From positions 12,669 through 76,668 of IMG/VR virus record IMGVR_UViG_3300021958_000049: 64,000 nucleotides of DNA. One strand, written 5' to 3'. Position 1 is the first letter of the stretch. Each line of letters starts with the position of its first letter. The stretch comes from a virus. Lineage: Duplodnaviria > Caudoviricetes. Under the pieces are notes generated by a model. That model made no database searches, was not told the origin of the DNA, and was given only the letters and a program-made list of their open reading frames with translations. A program made the translations under genes and the position numbers. Shown one piece after another: positions 47,657-56,362 of this stretch.

Positions 47657-47995
47657 ATGGCAACAACCGCAAAATACGCAATAGTATCTAATGGACCTAC
47701 ATATTATTCTCAATCAGATCCATTCAATAAAACACCTATAACATGTGACCATTTCTGTGCATACGCAAAAGATTATGTTGTAGGATCAACTTCCGTAACA
47801 TTTAAAGCCCAGTTCGGCGATGTTGCAGGACCTACTTTTACAAGAGTCTTTACTAAAGAATATGAAGTTGGTGGAACTGTGTTATCTAATTGGGATACTG
47901 ATCCTGAATATATTTTGAATCATATTGCAGCATTCGAATCGTTAACAGTAACTTCTTTTACAGACTTAGGTTTTACTAAATCACCATTTGAATAG
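47657..47995 (+). CDS. hypothetical protein
   Basis: 112 aa ORF with A-rich leader. Confidence 0.6.
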   Translation: MATTAKYAIVSNGPTYYSQSDPFNKTPITCDHFCAYAKDYVVGSTSVTFKAQFGDVAGPTFTRVFTKEYEVGGTVLSNWDTDPEYILNHIAAFESLTVTSFTDLGFTKSPFE

Positions 47996-47997
47996 AT

Positions 47998-48070
47998 TGT
48001 TAATAACTTTTCGAAAATAAGTGTTCTAAAATTTTTTTTTTCCAAGTTTTTTTATTATATTTAAATATAA
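47998..48070 (+). promoter_or_regulatory. early-type promoter cassette, copy 1
   Basis: TGTTAATAACTTTT..AAGTG..AAAATTTTTTTTTTCCAA..TTTTTATTATATTTAAATATAA upstream of ORF 48088. Confidence 0.7.
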
Positions 48071-48087
48071 TTTAAAAACATACAAAC

Positions 48088-48291
48088 ATGAGCACAAATC
48101 TTTCAATCGTCATTCAATCACATCTTTCCGATTCATTAATCGAAACTTCTTTTAACGTAGAACAAGCAAACCTTCGTATACGTTTTGTTAAATATCTTAT
48201 TAATCGCTTTGGTGATGATATCAATCAAAGGGTTGATATTGATAAAGTATTTAACGAATTCTTAGAAACTCAAGGCGAAACAATATCATAA
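48088..48291 (+). CDS. small early hypothetical protein
   Basis: Directly downstream of early cassette copy 1. Confidence 0.7.
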   Translation: MSTNLSIVIQSHLSDSLIETSFNVEQANLRIRFVKYLINRFGDDINQRVDIDKVFNEFLETQGETIS

Positions 48292-48305
48292 AATCATCAT
48301 ATAAA
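48276..48305 (+). promoter_or_regulatory. middle-type motif
   Basis: CGAAAC-N16-CATATAAA. Confidence 0.6.
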
Positions 48306-48322
48306 TATAAAATCATTAAAAC

Positions 48323-48730
48323 ATGTTAGAACCAATTAAAATTCACGTAAATTGTTTAACCAGTTATTCGCCAAATTGCTTTCCTGAATACTTTGAGGAA
48401 AAACTCGTTAAACGAATCTTAGAAGTTAAAAAAACAGAAAATTTAACTGATCAATTTCAAGGAGATTGGATTCCTGGAAGGCGATATGAAGATAACGATC
48501 GAGTTGCTTCTGTAATTATGGGTTGTATTTCACAATCGGTTGCAAAGCATATAATTCCAGGTAAAATGCGATTCGATGAAAATGGGAAAGTTAATCCACT
48601 TCTCGAAATGCGATGCTTAGCATATACTACTAATATGGATACCGAAACTCTTGATAAATGGATAATCGAAGCTCTTGATTATTCAGGTGGTTGTGACCAT
48701 TGGTATACTTACGAAAAAGATTGGAGTTAA
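48323..48730 (+). CDS. hypothetical protein
   Basis: Preceded by a middle-type motif at 48276. Confidence 0.65.
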   Translation: MLEPIKIHVNCLTSYSPNCFPEYFEEKLVKRILEVKKTENLTDQFQGDWIPGRRYEDNDRVASVIMGCISQSVAKHIIPGKMRFDENGKVNPLLEMRCLAYTTNMDTETLDKWIIEALDYSGGCDHWYTYEKDWS

Positions 48731-48738
48731 CATACGGA

Positions 48739-48836
48739 TGTTAATAACTTTTTTAAAAAAAAGTGTCCAAAAATTTTTTTTTTCCAATTATTTTTATTAT
48801 ATTTACATATAACAAATTTAAACATATATCATTATG
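48739..48836 (+). promoter_or_regulatory. early-type promoter cassette, copy 2
   Basis: Near-identical to copies 1 and 3; identity with copy 3 runs to the ATG. Confidence 0.75.
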
Positions 48837-49037
48837 AACGTATCATTCAAAATCAACATCAAGTACTTCTTACTTACTATCCTTTCATTTACAATCGCTT
48901 ACACTACCGCTTCAGGTTCAATTCAAAATTACATTCATTTTGCTGGCGAACTTAACGAAATGGCATTCTGCTTTTTTGCATTATTCTTAGGAGTAATCAC
49001 AACTGCGTTAACATTCGAAAAAAATTCAAACAAATAA
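48834..49037 (+). CDS. small early membrane protein (two hydrophobic helices)
   Basis: YFLLTILSFTIAY and MAFCFFALFLGVITTAL. Confidence 0.7.
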   Translation: MNVSFKINIKYFLLTILSFTIAYTTASGSIQNYIHFAGELNEMAFCFFALFLGVITTALTFEKNSNK

Positions 49038-49171
49038 TGAGCGATTCGAACGAAAACAAAAAGCTTCAAAAAACTGAATTTACTATACAAGAAATTTGGC
49101 AGGCTATGCGTGGTAACGTTCAAAAGAATAAGAAAAAATACAACCGTAAGACTAAACATAAAAATAAATAA
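49037..49171 (+). CDS. 44-aa ArfA-like basic peptide (not in the ORF track)
   Basis: MSDSNENKKLQKTEFTIQEIWQAMRGNVQKNKKKYNRKTKHKNK; TAATG coupling; fills the gap between genes exactly. Confidence 0.65.
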   Translation: MSDSNENKKLQKTEFTIQEIWQAMRGNVQKNKKKYNRKTKHKNK

Positions 49172-49173
49172 GC

Positions 49174-49365
49174 ATGAATCTAACAGAAATCATTTCAGTA
49201 ACTGAAGACGAGAGATATTACATCGTAATAGCAAAAGGAACCTCACCAACATTAAACGAAATCATTGAATTTCGAGAAAACCGATGCAGAGTATTAAGAC
49301 TATCTTCTTACGTAAGAAACGGCGAAATGTTCAAATTGCAATTATTGAAACTAGACTCTAAGTAA
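49174..49365 (+). CDS. small hypothetical protein
   Basis: 63 aa, tight packing. Confidence 0.55.
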   Translation: MNLTEIISVTEDERYYIVIAKGTSPTLNEIIEFRENRCRVLRLSSYVRNGEMFKLQLLKLDSK

Positions 49366-49375
49366 ATCATATAAC
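49346..49375 (+). promoter_or_regulatory. middle-type motif for gp44
   Basis: TGAAAC-N16-CATATAAC. Confidence 0.75.
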
Positions 49376-49395
49376 TATTAAACAATAAACAATTT

Positions 49396-50349
49396 ATGTC
49401 GCACACAAAATCTCTTTTGTGGACTGAAAAATATCGGCCACAAGAACTATCAGACTTAATCGTCCCAGAACGAATTGCTAAAAAATTAGACAAAGGTGTA
49501 TATCAAAATTTGTTATTTTATGGCGGTCCTGGTAGTGGAAAAACATCATCCGCTAAAATATTGGCTAAAGATCATCCAACATTATATATTAACTGTTCTA
49601 GTGAAACTGGCGTTGATACGGTTCGTGTTAAAATATCAGAATTTTGTTCTACATTATCTCTACTTGATGGCGAACGTAAATTAAAAGTAGTAATCCTTGA
49701 TGAGTTCGATGGAGTATCGGATCAATATATGAAAGCTCTTAGAGGTACCATTGAACAATTTCATCTAAGCGCAAGATTTATTGCAACATGTAATTATTTC
49801 AATAAGATTCCTGATAATATACAATCTCGATTCGAATGTATTAATTTCGATTTTAGTGATGAAGAAGAAACTGAGATTATGCGAAAATATCTTCGTAGGA
49901 TATTTGAAATATGCAAAATCGAAGGTATGGAAATAGATAAAGATGCTTTACTTGAATTAGTACAACGCAAATTTCCGGATCTTAGGAATACAATAAATGT
50001 CATTCAGGGATACTTTGCCGAAGGCGTTAAGAAAATCACACTCAAAGATGTTACCACCTTTCATGGCGTCTATAAAGATCTCTTCGATCTAATTTTTGAA
50101 GATATTAATTCAACCGTAAATAATTACAAATTTTTAGTTTCTAATTATTCTCATAAAGTTGATGATGTGATAAAAGCATTAGGTACCGACTTTATCGAAT
50201 ATATTCAAACAGAAAAACCTGATGCAATTCGACATTTAGGCGAAATATGCCACGAAGTAAACAGACATTCTTATGAATCGAGGTTTGTGATCGATCCAGT
50301 GGTAACTATGTTAAGCTTAGTATACAAGATACAAAAAATCGTTCATTAA
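49396..50349 (+). CDS. gp44: clamp loader AAA+ subunit
   Basis: LWTEKYRP, GGPGSGKTS, ILDEFD, FIATCNY.NKI...IQSR, FPDLR. Confidence 0.93.
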   Translation: MSHTKSLLWTEKYRPQELSDLIVPERIAKKLDKGVYQNLLFYGGPGSGKTSSAKILAKDHPTLYINCSSETGVDTVRVKISEFCSTLSLLDGERKLKVVILDEFDGVSDQYMKALRGTIEQFHLSARFIATCNYFNKIPDNIQSRFECINFDFSDEEETEIMRKYLRRIFEICKIEGMEIDKDALLELVQRKFPDLRNTINVIQGYFAEGVKKITLKDVTTFHGVYKDLFDLIFEDINSTVNNYKFLVSNYSHKVDDVIKALGTDFIEYIQTEKPDAIRHLGEICHEVNRHSYESRFVIDPVVTMLSLVYKIQKIVH

Positions 50350-50354
50350 TTATA

Positions 50355-50384
50355 TGAATCTTTATGACAAAAGCATCATATAAT
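50355..50384 (+). promoter_or_regulatory. middle-type motif for rnh
   Basis: TGAATC-N16-CATATAAT. Confidence 0.7.
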
Positions 50385-50406
50385 AATAAACAAATATAAA
50401 CATATT

Positions 50407-51603
50407 ATGAGAAGGTATACATTAGTTGTCGATGGTAATTATTTTTTGCACAAAACGTTTTTTATTTCAGGTAAAATAAAATCTAGAAAAGGTGCACCAC
50501 TTAATTTTATCGATGAACCAGAAAAAGATGCAGATCTATTAGCATATAAACTTGCTACAGACTTTGCATACGAAGTTAAAAGATTTTCACCTATTTTAGA
50601 TGGTGTTGTTTATTGCATCGATTCATCTTCATGGCGAAAAGATTTTTATCCAGAATCAAATGCGCTTAAATCTGCAGATTCACAACAATATAAAGGACAT
50701 CGTAAAAAAGATAATACAATTAATTGGAAAGCAATCTACGATTTACATGATAAATTTGCAAAATCTTTAGAATCTCTTGGGTGTACTGTATCTCGTGTAA
50801 GTGGTGCCGAAGCCGACGATTTAATATTCTCTTGGTCTTCCTATTTAAATATGAACAATAGGAATGCACTAATTTTTTCTGGCGATAATGATCTAATTCA
50901 ATTAGTTTGTAATAACGAATCTAACGGCACAAATACATTATACTACAATAAATTTTCAAAATCTATATATACTTTCGAAGGATTTACAGAATGGCTAAAA
51001 GAAACCAATATGGATTCAGTCGATATTTTCAATCAACCATTAGACCTAACAAGTAATACAAAACTATCATTACAAAACGTTGTACGAGGTATCGAAATAC
51101 GAGAAACTAATGTAAAAGAATTTGTATTTAAGAAAATACTTATGGGTGATGCCGGCGATAATGTTTCACCTTTACATCAAATCATTAAAAAAGGTAAAGA
51201 TGGTAAACGCCGAGTATATAATATTACTGATAAAAAAGCAAATCAAATTCTTCAAGATTATGAAGAAAAAAATGGCCAAATAACTGAATCAACATTTTTT
51301 AATATAGATTCTATTACTGATATATGCAAAATAGCTAAAACTAATCTAAGAATTCTAGATAAATCAATTCCTCAATTAATCGAACGATACGAGGTAAATC
51401 GAAATCTAATGTTCTTACATCAAAAAGCAATACCAAATGCTATTATGGATGCGATGCTCGTAAATATCGAAAATTCTAATTACTCGTCAATTCATAATAT
51501 AGGTCAAATAACTAAAGATACTATATCAGAACCATTAATTCAAAATAAAAAAAATACATCAACAACACAAGATTCTTCGTTCTTTGGAGGACTTGGACTA
51601 TAA
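50407..51603 (+). CDS. rnh: RNase H / 5'-3' exonuclease (FEN1-like)
   Basis: LVVDGNY, SWRKDFY, YKGHR, EADDLI, SGDNDLIQL, GDAGDNV. Confidence 0.9.
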   Translation: MRRYTLVVDGNYFLHKTFFISGKIKSRKGAPLNFIDEPEKDADLLAYKLATDFAYEVKRFSPILDGVVYCIDSSSWRKDFYPESNALKSADSQQYKGHRKKDNTINWKAIYDLHDKFAKSLESLGCTVSRVSGAEADDLIFSWSSYLNMNNRNALIFSGDNDLIQLVCNNESNGTNTLYYNKFSKSIYTFEGFTEWLKETNMDSVDIFNQPLDLTSNTKLSLQNVVRGIEIRETNVKEFVFKKILMGDAGDNVSPLHQIIKKGKDGKRRVYNITDKKANQILQDYEEKNGQITESTFFNIDSITDICKIAKTNLRILDKSIPQLIERYEVNRNLMFLHQKAIPNAIMDAMLVNIENSNYSSIHNIGQITKDTISEPLIQNKKNTSTTQDSSFFGGLGL

Positions 51604-51609
51604 CAAAAT

Positions 51610-51780
51610 ATGAAAGATTTTTACAAAACAAAGGCTGGTCAAAAATATTTTGACTATGATTTACCAAAATTAATTGAATCGAATAATCGTTTGGCTAAGG
51701 CAATTGAAGATCAAAATTCAATAAACGAAAAACTACATCGACTAGAAAAAATTAAATCAAAAGAATCTTCTACTCGATAA
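51610..51780 (+). CDS. 56-aa hypothetical protein (not in the ORF track)
   Basis: MKDFYKTKAGQKYFDYDLPKLIESNNRLAKAIE...; fills the gap after rnh, A-rich leader. Confidence 0.6.
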   Translation: MKDFYKTKAGQKYFDYDLPKLIESNNRLAKAIEDQNSINEKLHRLEKIKSKESSTR

Positions 51781-51791
51781 ATTCATATAAT
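51762..51791 (+). promoter_or_regulatory. middle-type motif
   Basis: AGAATC-N16-CATATAAT. Confidence 0.6.
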
Positions 51792-51801
51792 AATATAAAA
51801 T

Positions 51802-52041
51802 ATGATAGATTTAAAACACGTTTTTCGTTCTGGTAAATACAAAGGACATACTGTCGAAGAAGTTAATGAAATGGCACCGTGGTATATTAGATGGGTTTCT
51901 GAAAATCGACCAGAAATGCTAATAAGTCATAAGCCAACTCCAAAGCCTATATCAAATAAGAAGCCAGTATACATAGATCCACCAGACATTCCGAAGAAAG
52001 ATGTGATAAAGCCTAATTATGATTTTGACAATATGTTTTAA
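51802..52041 (+). CDS. small protein with ExoX C-terminal-like (F.GKYKG...YI.W) domain
   Basis: FRSGKYKGHTVEEV....PWYIRWV; middle motif upstream. Confidence 0.6.
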   Translation: MIDLKHVFRSGKYKGHTVEEVNEMAPWYIRWVSENRPEMLISHKPTPKPISNKKPVYIDPPDIPKKDVIKPNYDFDNMF

Positions 52042-52071
52042 TCGATATTCATATAAAATTAAAAATAGAAA

Positions 52072-52497
52072 ATGCAATTATTCGATCTCGTTCGTACAAT
52101 GTTTACGAACCCTAAAAAATATAAAGAATTAAAAAATCACGATAAAGCAAAAAATCAATTTATGATTAATCGCTTTATGGCAATTCAATGGCCGGAACAA
52201 GCTCAGTTATTAAATAGAAATGGCATTAATGGCGTTGGTGTTATTGATACTTGGCAATTCATCACATCTCGTTTCAAGAGAGTTCCTGGTTGGATATATA
52301 CTAAAACAAAGAAAACAAAAAAACAAGAAAAATTAGAATTTAAATATTCTGAAGAATTAGTATCTTTGTATTTAAAAATTAACGAAATATCTAGAAAGGA
52401 TTTTAATATGCTCGTTAAACTTTATCCAACGAAAATGCAGGAATATTTTACTCAAATGAAAAAACAATACGAGACATATGATGGAGACAAATCTTAA
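52072..52497 (+). CDS. gp62: clamp loader small subunit
   Basis: FMINRFMA...AQLLN...WIYTKTKK pattern resembles gp62 family. Confidence 0.55.
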   Translation: MQLFDLVRTMFTNPKKYKELKNHDKAKNQFMINRFMAIQWPEQAQLLNRNGINGVGVIDTWQFITSRFKRVPGWIYTKTKKTKKQEKLEFKYSEELVSLYLKINEISRKDFNMLVKLYPTKMQEYFTQMKKQYETYDGDKS

Positions 52498-53125
52498 ATA
52501 TCCTTTAGTTATTGAGGTTGTTATGTATAAAAATAACATTACCGATAATCGGATATTAAGTGAAGTTCGTCGAAATGCTCATATAAATCAAATAGGAAAT
52601 TCTAATTTAAATTTCTATGTTCCTGCAACAGACATAAAAGAAATATTAAATGATAAATTTGAAAAGGACTTTGAACAACTATCAGGGTTAACTCAAGAAC
52701 AATTATCAAAACGAGTAAACTCAGCATTCTTTTTGCATAATGTTGTTAGATCATTTACTAATTTAAAATTTATTAAATTTAACGTGTCAGATCAAAAGAA
52801 TTACACTAGAAAAACTGAGGAAGGTATAACTTTCGACTATAAAATATTACACGCTAAAGTTGATTTGCCTGACTTATTTAACTCACGTGAATTAATAGAA
52901 ATACAATATTTGCTGACCGAATGTGATCTATGGCAATACAATTCGTTCTTTCCGAAACCTTATATAGAAATAACTGCAAGGGATTTAATAGGCACTATCA
53001 CTCAACTCGAAGCTTCTGAAGAATTTGTTAAAGATCATGCAGATTCGATTAATATGTTAATGAACGTTATCGACATGAAAATGGAAACCGATAACACATT
53101 GCTACATTTAATAGTTCTTGATTGA
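52478..53125 (+). CDS. hypothetical protein
   Basis: 215 aa ORF. Confidence 0.6.
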   Translation: MMETNLKYPLVIEVVMYKNNITDNRILSEVRRNAHINQIGNSNLNFYVPATDIKEILNDKFEKDFEQLSGLTQEQLSKRVNSAFFLHNVVRSFTNLKFIKFNVSDQKNYTRKTEEGITFDYKILHAKVDLPDLFNSRELIEIQYLLTECDLWQYNSFFPKPYIEITARDLIGTITQLEASEEFVKDHADSINMLMNVIDMKMETDNTLLHLIVLD

Positions 53126-53163
53126 TATATACCATATAACAAAAAATTACTTTTAAAATAATC

Positions 53164-53754
53164 ATGGTAGAAGTATGGATACCGGTAGTTACTACACTCA
53201 TTGGAGCAGGAACTACACTCCTTACGATTTGGTATAGAAATCGATTAGAACGGGAAAAAAAAGACAAGGAATGCTTCCTATCAGGTGTTATCGAAGAGGA
53301 ATCTGAGCTATTAGAAAAATTATCAGAACTTCGAGAATCTGTTGGCGCTAGTAGAGCTTCTATCTATCAATTCCATAATGGCGGCGAATATTTTACCGGA
53401 AAGTCAATGAAAAAATATTCCATGACTTACGAAATGGTAGAAAAAGGAATCGCAAGAATTCAACACAAAAACCAATCAATACCAGTATCAGGAGCAATTC
53501 GACTATTTGCAGATCTTCTAGAAAACCGAAAAGCATTCTTCGAAGATCTTGACCGAGAATTTCCTGAAAGTTTATTAAAATACAATTTACAAGAAGTTGG
53601 AATCAATTCAATTTATTGTTGGTCTATATTAGATTTAAACAAAAATGTAATTGGCGTCTTCACATTAGACTTCGTTCTAGGCACTAGTAAAATTTCTCAA
53701 GAAGACTTAGATAACATTCAATTATATGTTATCAAGATGGCAGGATATCTATAA
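53164..53754 (+). CDS. N-terminal TM helix plus GAF-like domain, candidate T4 gpt-type holin
   Basis: VWIPVVTTLIGAGTTLLTIWY; RASIYQFHNGG...VIGVFTLDF; late motif upstream. Confidence 0.5.
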   Translation: MVEVWIPVVTTLIGAGTTLLTIWYRNRLEREKKDKECFLSGVIEEESELLEKLSELRESVGASRASIYQFHNGGEYFTGKSMKKYSMTYEMVEKGIARIQHKNQSIPVSGAIRLFADLLENRKAFFEDLDREFPESLLKYNLQEVGINSIYCWSILDLNKNVIGVFTLDFVLGTSKISQEDLDNIQLYVIKMAGYL

Positions 53755-53802
53755 AATAGAATCGTATTTGTTGCGAATATATATTAAAACAAATACTCAT
53801 AA

Positions 53803-55740
53803 ATGGCCAAGATAAGTGTAGGTTTATCTACTAATAATATTACGTACAAAGATGGAGATTCTTTAATGGTAACCTTTAATGGTGCCTTTATGTCCGTATC
53901 TTCATTTACAAGCTATGCAGAAACTACTTCTCCTGCATCAACAGATAATGATTACTTTATTACAAATTTAAGATGGTCTTCTGATAATATGACATGGTCT
54001 CCATGGATTTTATTAGAGCGAAATCCTGATGGTACTAAATCGTTACCACCAATGGATTTTGAAGCAGGGACTGATATTTATGTTCAATTAAAATATATTC
54101 GAGTATCTCAACCTGAACCTGAAATTCCTAATGGATTATCAATTACAAATATAGAATTAGATATAGAAACATTAGTTAAAGAATCTGATTATATTGCACC
54201 ATCTCCTAAGTCGTGTCCTACTCAAGATTATTACAAAGGTATTAGAATCGAATGTGAAGGTAACTTATTTAGGGTTTATGACTTAATGAGTCCTGCAATA
54301 TCATTAAACCGAGAGCTTGCTCTTTCTGTTAGCGAAATGTTTGGTCATGAAGTTTGTTATTTTAAAGTTAAATCAGACGAACGCTCGAAAGATTTTATAC
54401 TGAAAGAATACTCTTTATTTAATGTAAATGATGTAAAAAATATTAGAGTCGTAGTACCTAATAATGAATTTCCGGATAACAAAATAATGTTTACTCCATT
54501 CGATATGGATTTCGAATCATTTGAAGTTCATATTGTTAAAGAGGACTTTGAGCGGGCTTTTGGTTATTGTGTAAGACCGGAAGAACGTGATTATTTATAC
54601 TTTCCGTTAGAAAACCGAATGTATCAAATAGAATCTCCATATCTATACAAAGACTTTATGCGAGATGGAGTTTATTACAAAGTCAATTTAATTAAATATC
54701 AAGAGAGTCTAAATATATCAACTGAGCCAGGTTCTACTGCAGATAAATTAGAAACTGAATTAACACAAAACTTCGATCAATTATTCAAAAAAGATAATGA
54801 AGAAGAATTTACACAAATTACCAAACCTTTACAATATAAAACTATTGGCACCGGTAATTATGATTTTGTTAGAAGCGAAATAAATCAATTGCTTAATATT
54901 AAAAACCATGATATCAATAACTATTTTACATTGGTTGCAAAATATGCCTACGATCTAAAAACAGTTGAATATAATACTTTAGCAGTAAAATATAAAACTT
55001 TAGTTGACATACCAGAAAATGAAGATCGAGTTTATACTATGTGGTTTAGAACTAATCGTGAAATATATCAAAATTCCGATTTAGTTGAATATGTTAATGT
55101 TGATGAAGGCGGAATGCTTTATGATACATTATTAAACGGCGTATCGCACGGAGCACTAGATCCAATTACTGGAGCAAAATCACAAGATAAAGGAATTCAA
55201 ATAAATTTACAATACAACGACACAAACGGGAATAAAGCGTATGTGACTAAAGGTATAGAAGTGAAAATAAATGGAACCGATTATACATTTAATACTAATT
55301 CACTAGAACCTTGGCCGAATCAACAATTTCCAAATTTATCAATAGAAGCAACTCAAATTCAAGGTAAATATCGAGATCTCGGTAGAAAATGGTTTGCTAT
55401 GGTATTGAATATATCAAATCAACATCAAAGTATAAATTGCAATATATGGGAAATGAAATTTGATGCGTCTAAGCCAGTTTATGTCCAACAAACAACTGAA
55501 TTAGAATTAGTGTTCAGTCAAACACTTCCTTTTACTAAACAGGCAATACAACCGAACACTTATTATGAATTGGTTGGAGCTCCCGTCGAAACAACAAATA
55601 TTAGAATATTGAATAAACTGATAAATGAAGAGAATCAACCATTGATGTTGAATCGATACACAGTTAGAGATAATCAATATGCGATAATGATAGACAATGC
55701 GCTTCCACCACTAAATATGGGCAGAGAATCAGTTAGATAA
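53803..55740 (+). CDS. gp14: neck protein (gp14-like core) with N- and C-terminal extra domains
   Basis: MFGHEVCYF, LKEYSL, FEVHI.K.DFERAF, PEERDYLYFPLENRMYQI, YYKVNLIKY. Confidence 0.75.
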   Translation: MAKISVGLSTNNITYKDGDSLMVTFNGAFMSVSSFTSYAETTSPASTDNDYFITNLRWSSDNMTWSPWILLERNPDGTKSLPPMDFEAGTDIYVQLKYIRVSQPEPEIPNGLSITNIELDIETLVKESDYIAPSPKSCPTQDYYKGIRIECEGNLFRVYDLMSPAISLNRELALSVSEMFGHEVCYFKVKSDERSKDFILKEYSLFNVNDVKNIRVVVPNNEFPDNKIMFTPFDMDFESFEVHIVKEDFERAFGYCVRPEERDYLYFPLENRMYQIESPYLYKDFMRDGVYYKVNLIKYQESLNISTEPGSTADKLETELTQNFDQLFKKDNEEEFTQITKPLQYKTIGTGNYDFVRSEINQLLNIKNHDINNYFTLVAKYAYDLKTVEYNTLAVKYKTLVDIPENEDRVYTMWFRTNREIYQNSDLVEYVNVDEGGMLYDTLLNGVSHGALDPITGAKSQDKGIQINLQYNDTNGNKAYVTKGIEVKINGTDYTFNTNSLEPWPNQQFPNLSIEATQIQGKYRDLGRKWFAMVLNISNQHQSINCNIWEMKFDASKPVYVQQTTELELVFSQTLPFTKQAIQPNTYYELVGAPVETTNIRILNKLINEENQPLMLNRYTVRDNQYAIMIDNALPPLNMGRESVR

Positions 55741-55757
55741 TTTTAATAATATTAAAT

Positions 55758-56360
55758 ATGAGTGAAAAGAATAACGAAGCAAGAGAAAGTATACAAGATT
55801 TGCTATCTGAAGATAATCAACTACCGGTTGCAAGGCCTGGTGATTTACCTTCATTCCATTCGGTAGAAGATTACCAATATGGAGCATCAAAAAACAAAGC
55901 CATCGCTAAAGCTAAAAAGATGATGGATTCGGTTGCAAAATTATATTTAAGTCAAGACGTAATTGAAGAATACGAATATGTTCGAATAAAGCAGAAAATT
56001 GAAGAAATGCAACTAGCAAATCTATTCAACCAAATGCAACAAATGGAACATTCAATAGAAACTCTTATGCGTACAATAGATAGTGGAGAGTTATCCCCGA
56101 GAATGTTTGAAGTACTTGGTGGTTTACAAAAAACGATGTTAGAAGTTATGAAGCATACTACGTTGCACATGATGGCAGCTGAGGAAAATATGAAAAAGAT
56201 AAAACATGATATCGACATATATGGTGATAGCACAATATCTACTAATAAGCGTAAAGACGAAGAAGATACATTAACTGCAAGAGGTAATCGTGACTTTATG
56301 AAAAGCATTCAAGAAGAAATTCAAGATGTTGAATTTGACGATAATACCGAAGATGAATAA
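55758..56360 (+). CDS. gp16: terminase small subunit
   Basis: SPRMFEVLGGLQKT helix motif; immediately upstream of the large terminase. Confidence 0.75.
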   Translation: MSEKNNEARESIQDLLSEDNQLPVARPGDLPSFHSVEDYQYGASKNKAIAKAKKMMDSVAKLYLSQDVIEEYEYVRIKQKIEEMQLANLFNQMQQMEHSIETLMRTIDSGELSPRMFEVLGGLQKTMLEVMKHTTLHMMAAEENMKKIKHDIDIYGDSTISTNKRKDEEDTLTARGNRDFMKSIQEEIQDVEFDDNTEDE

Positions 56361-56362
56361 AT

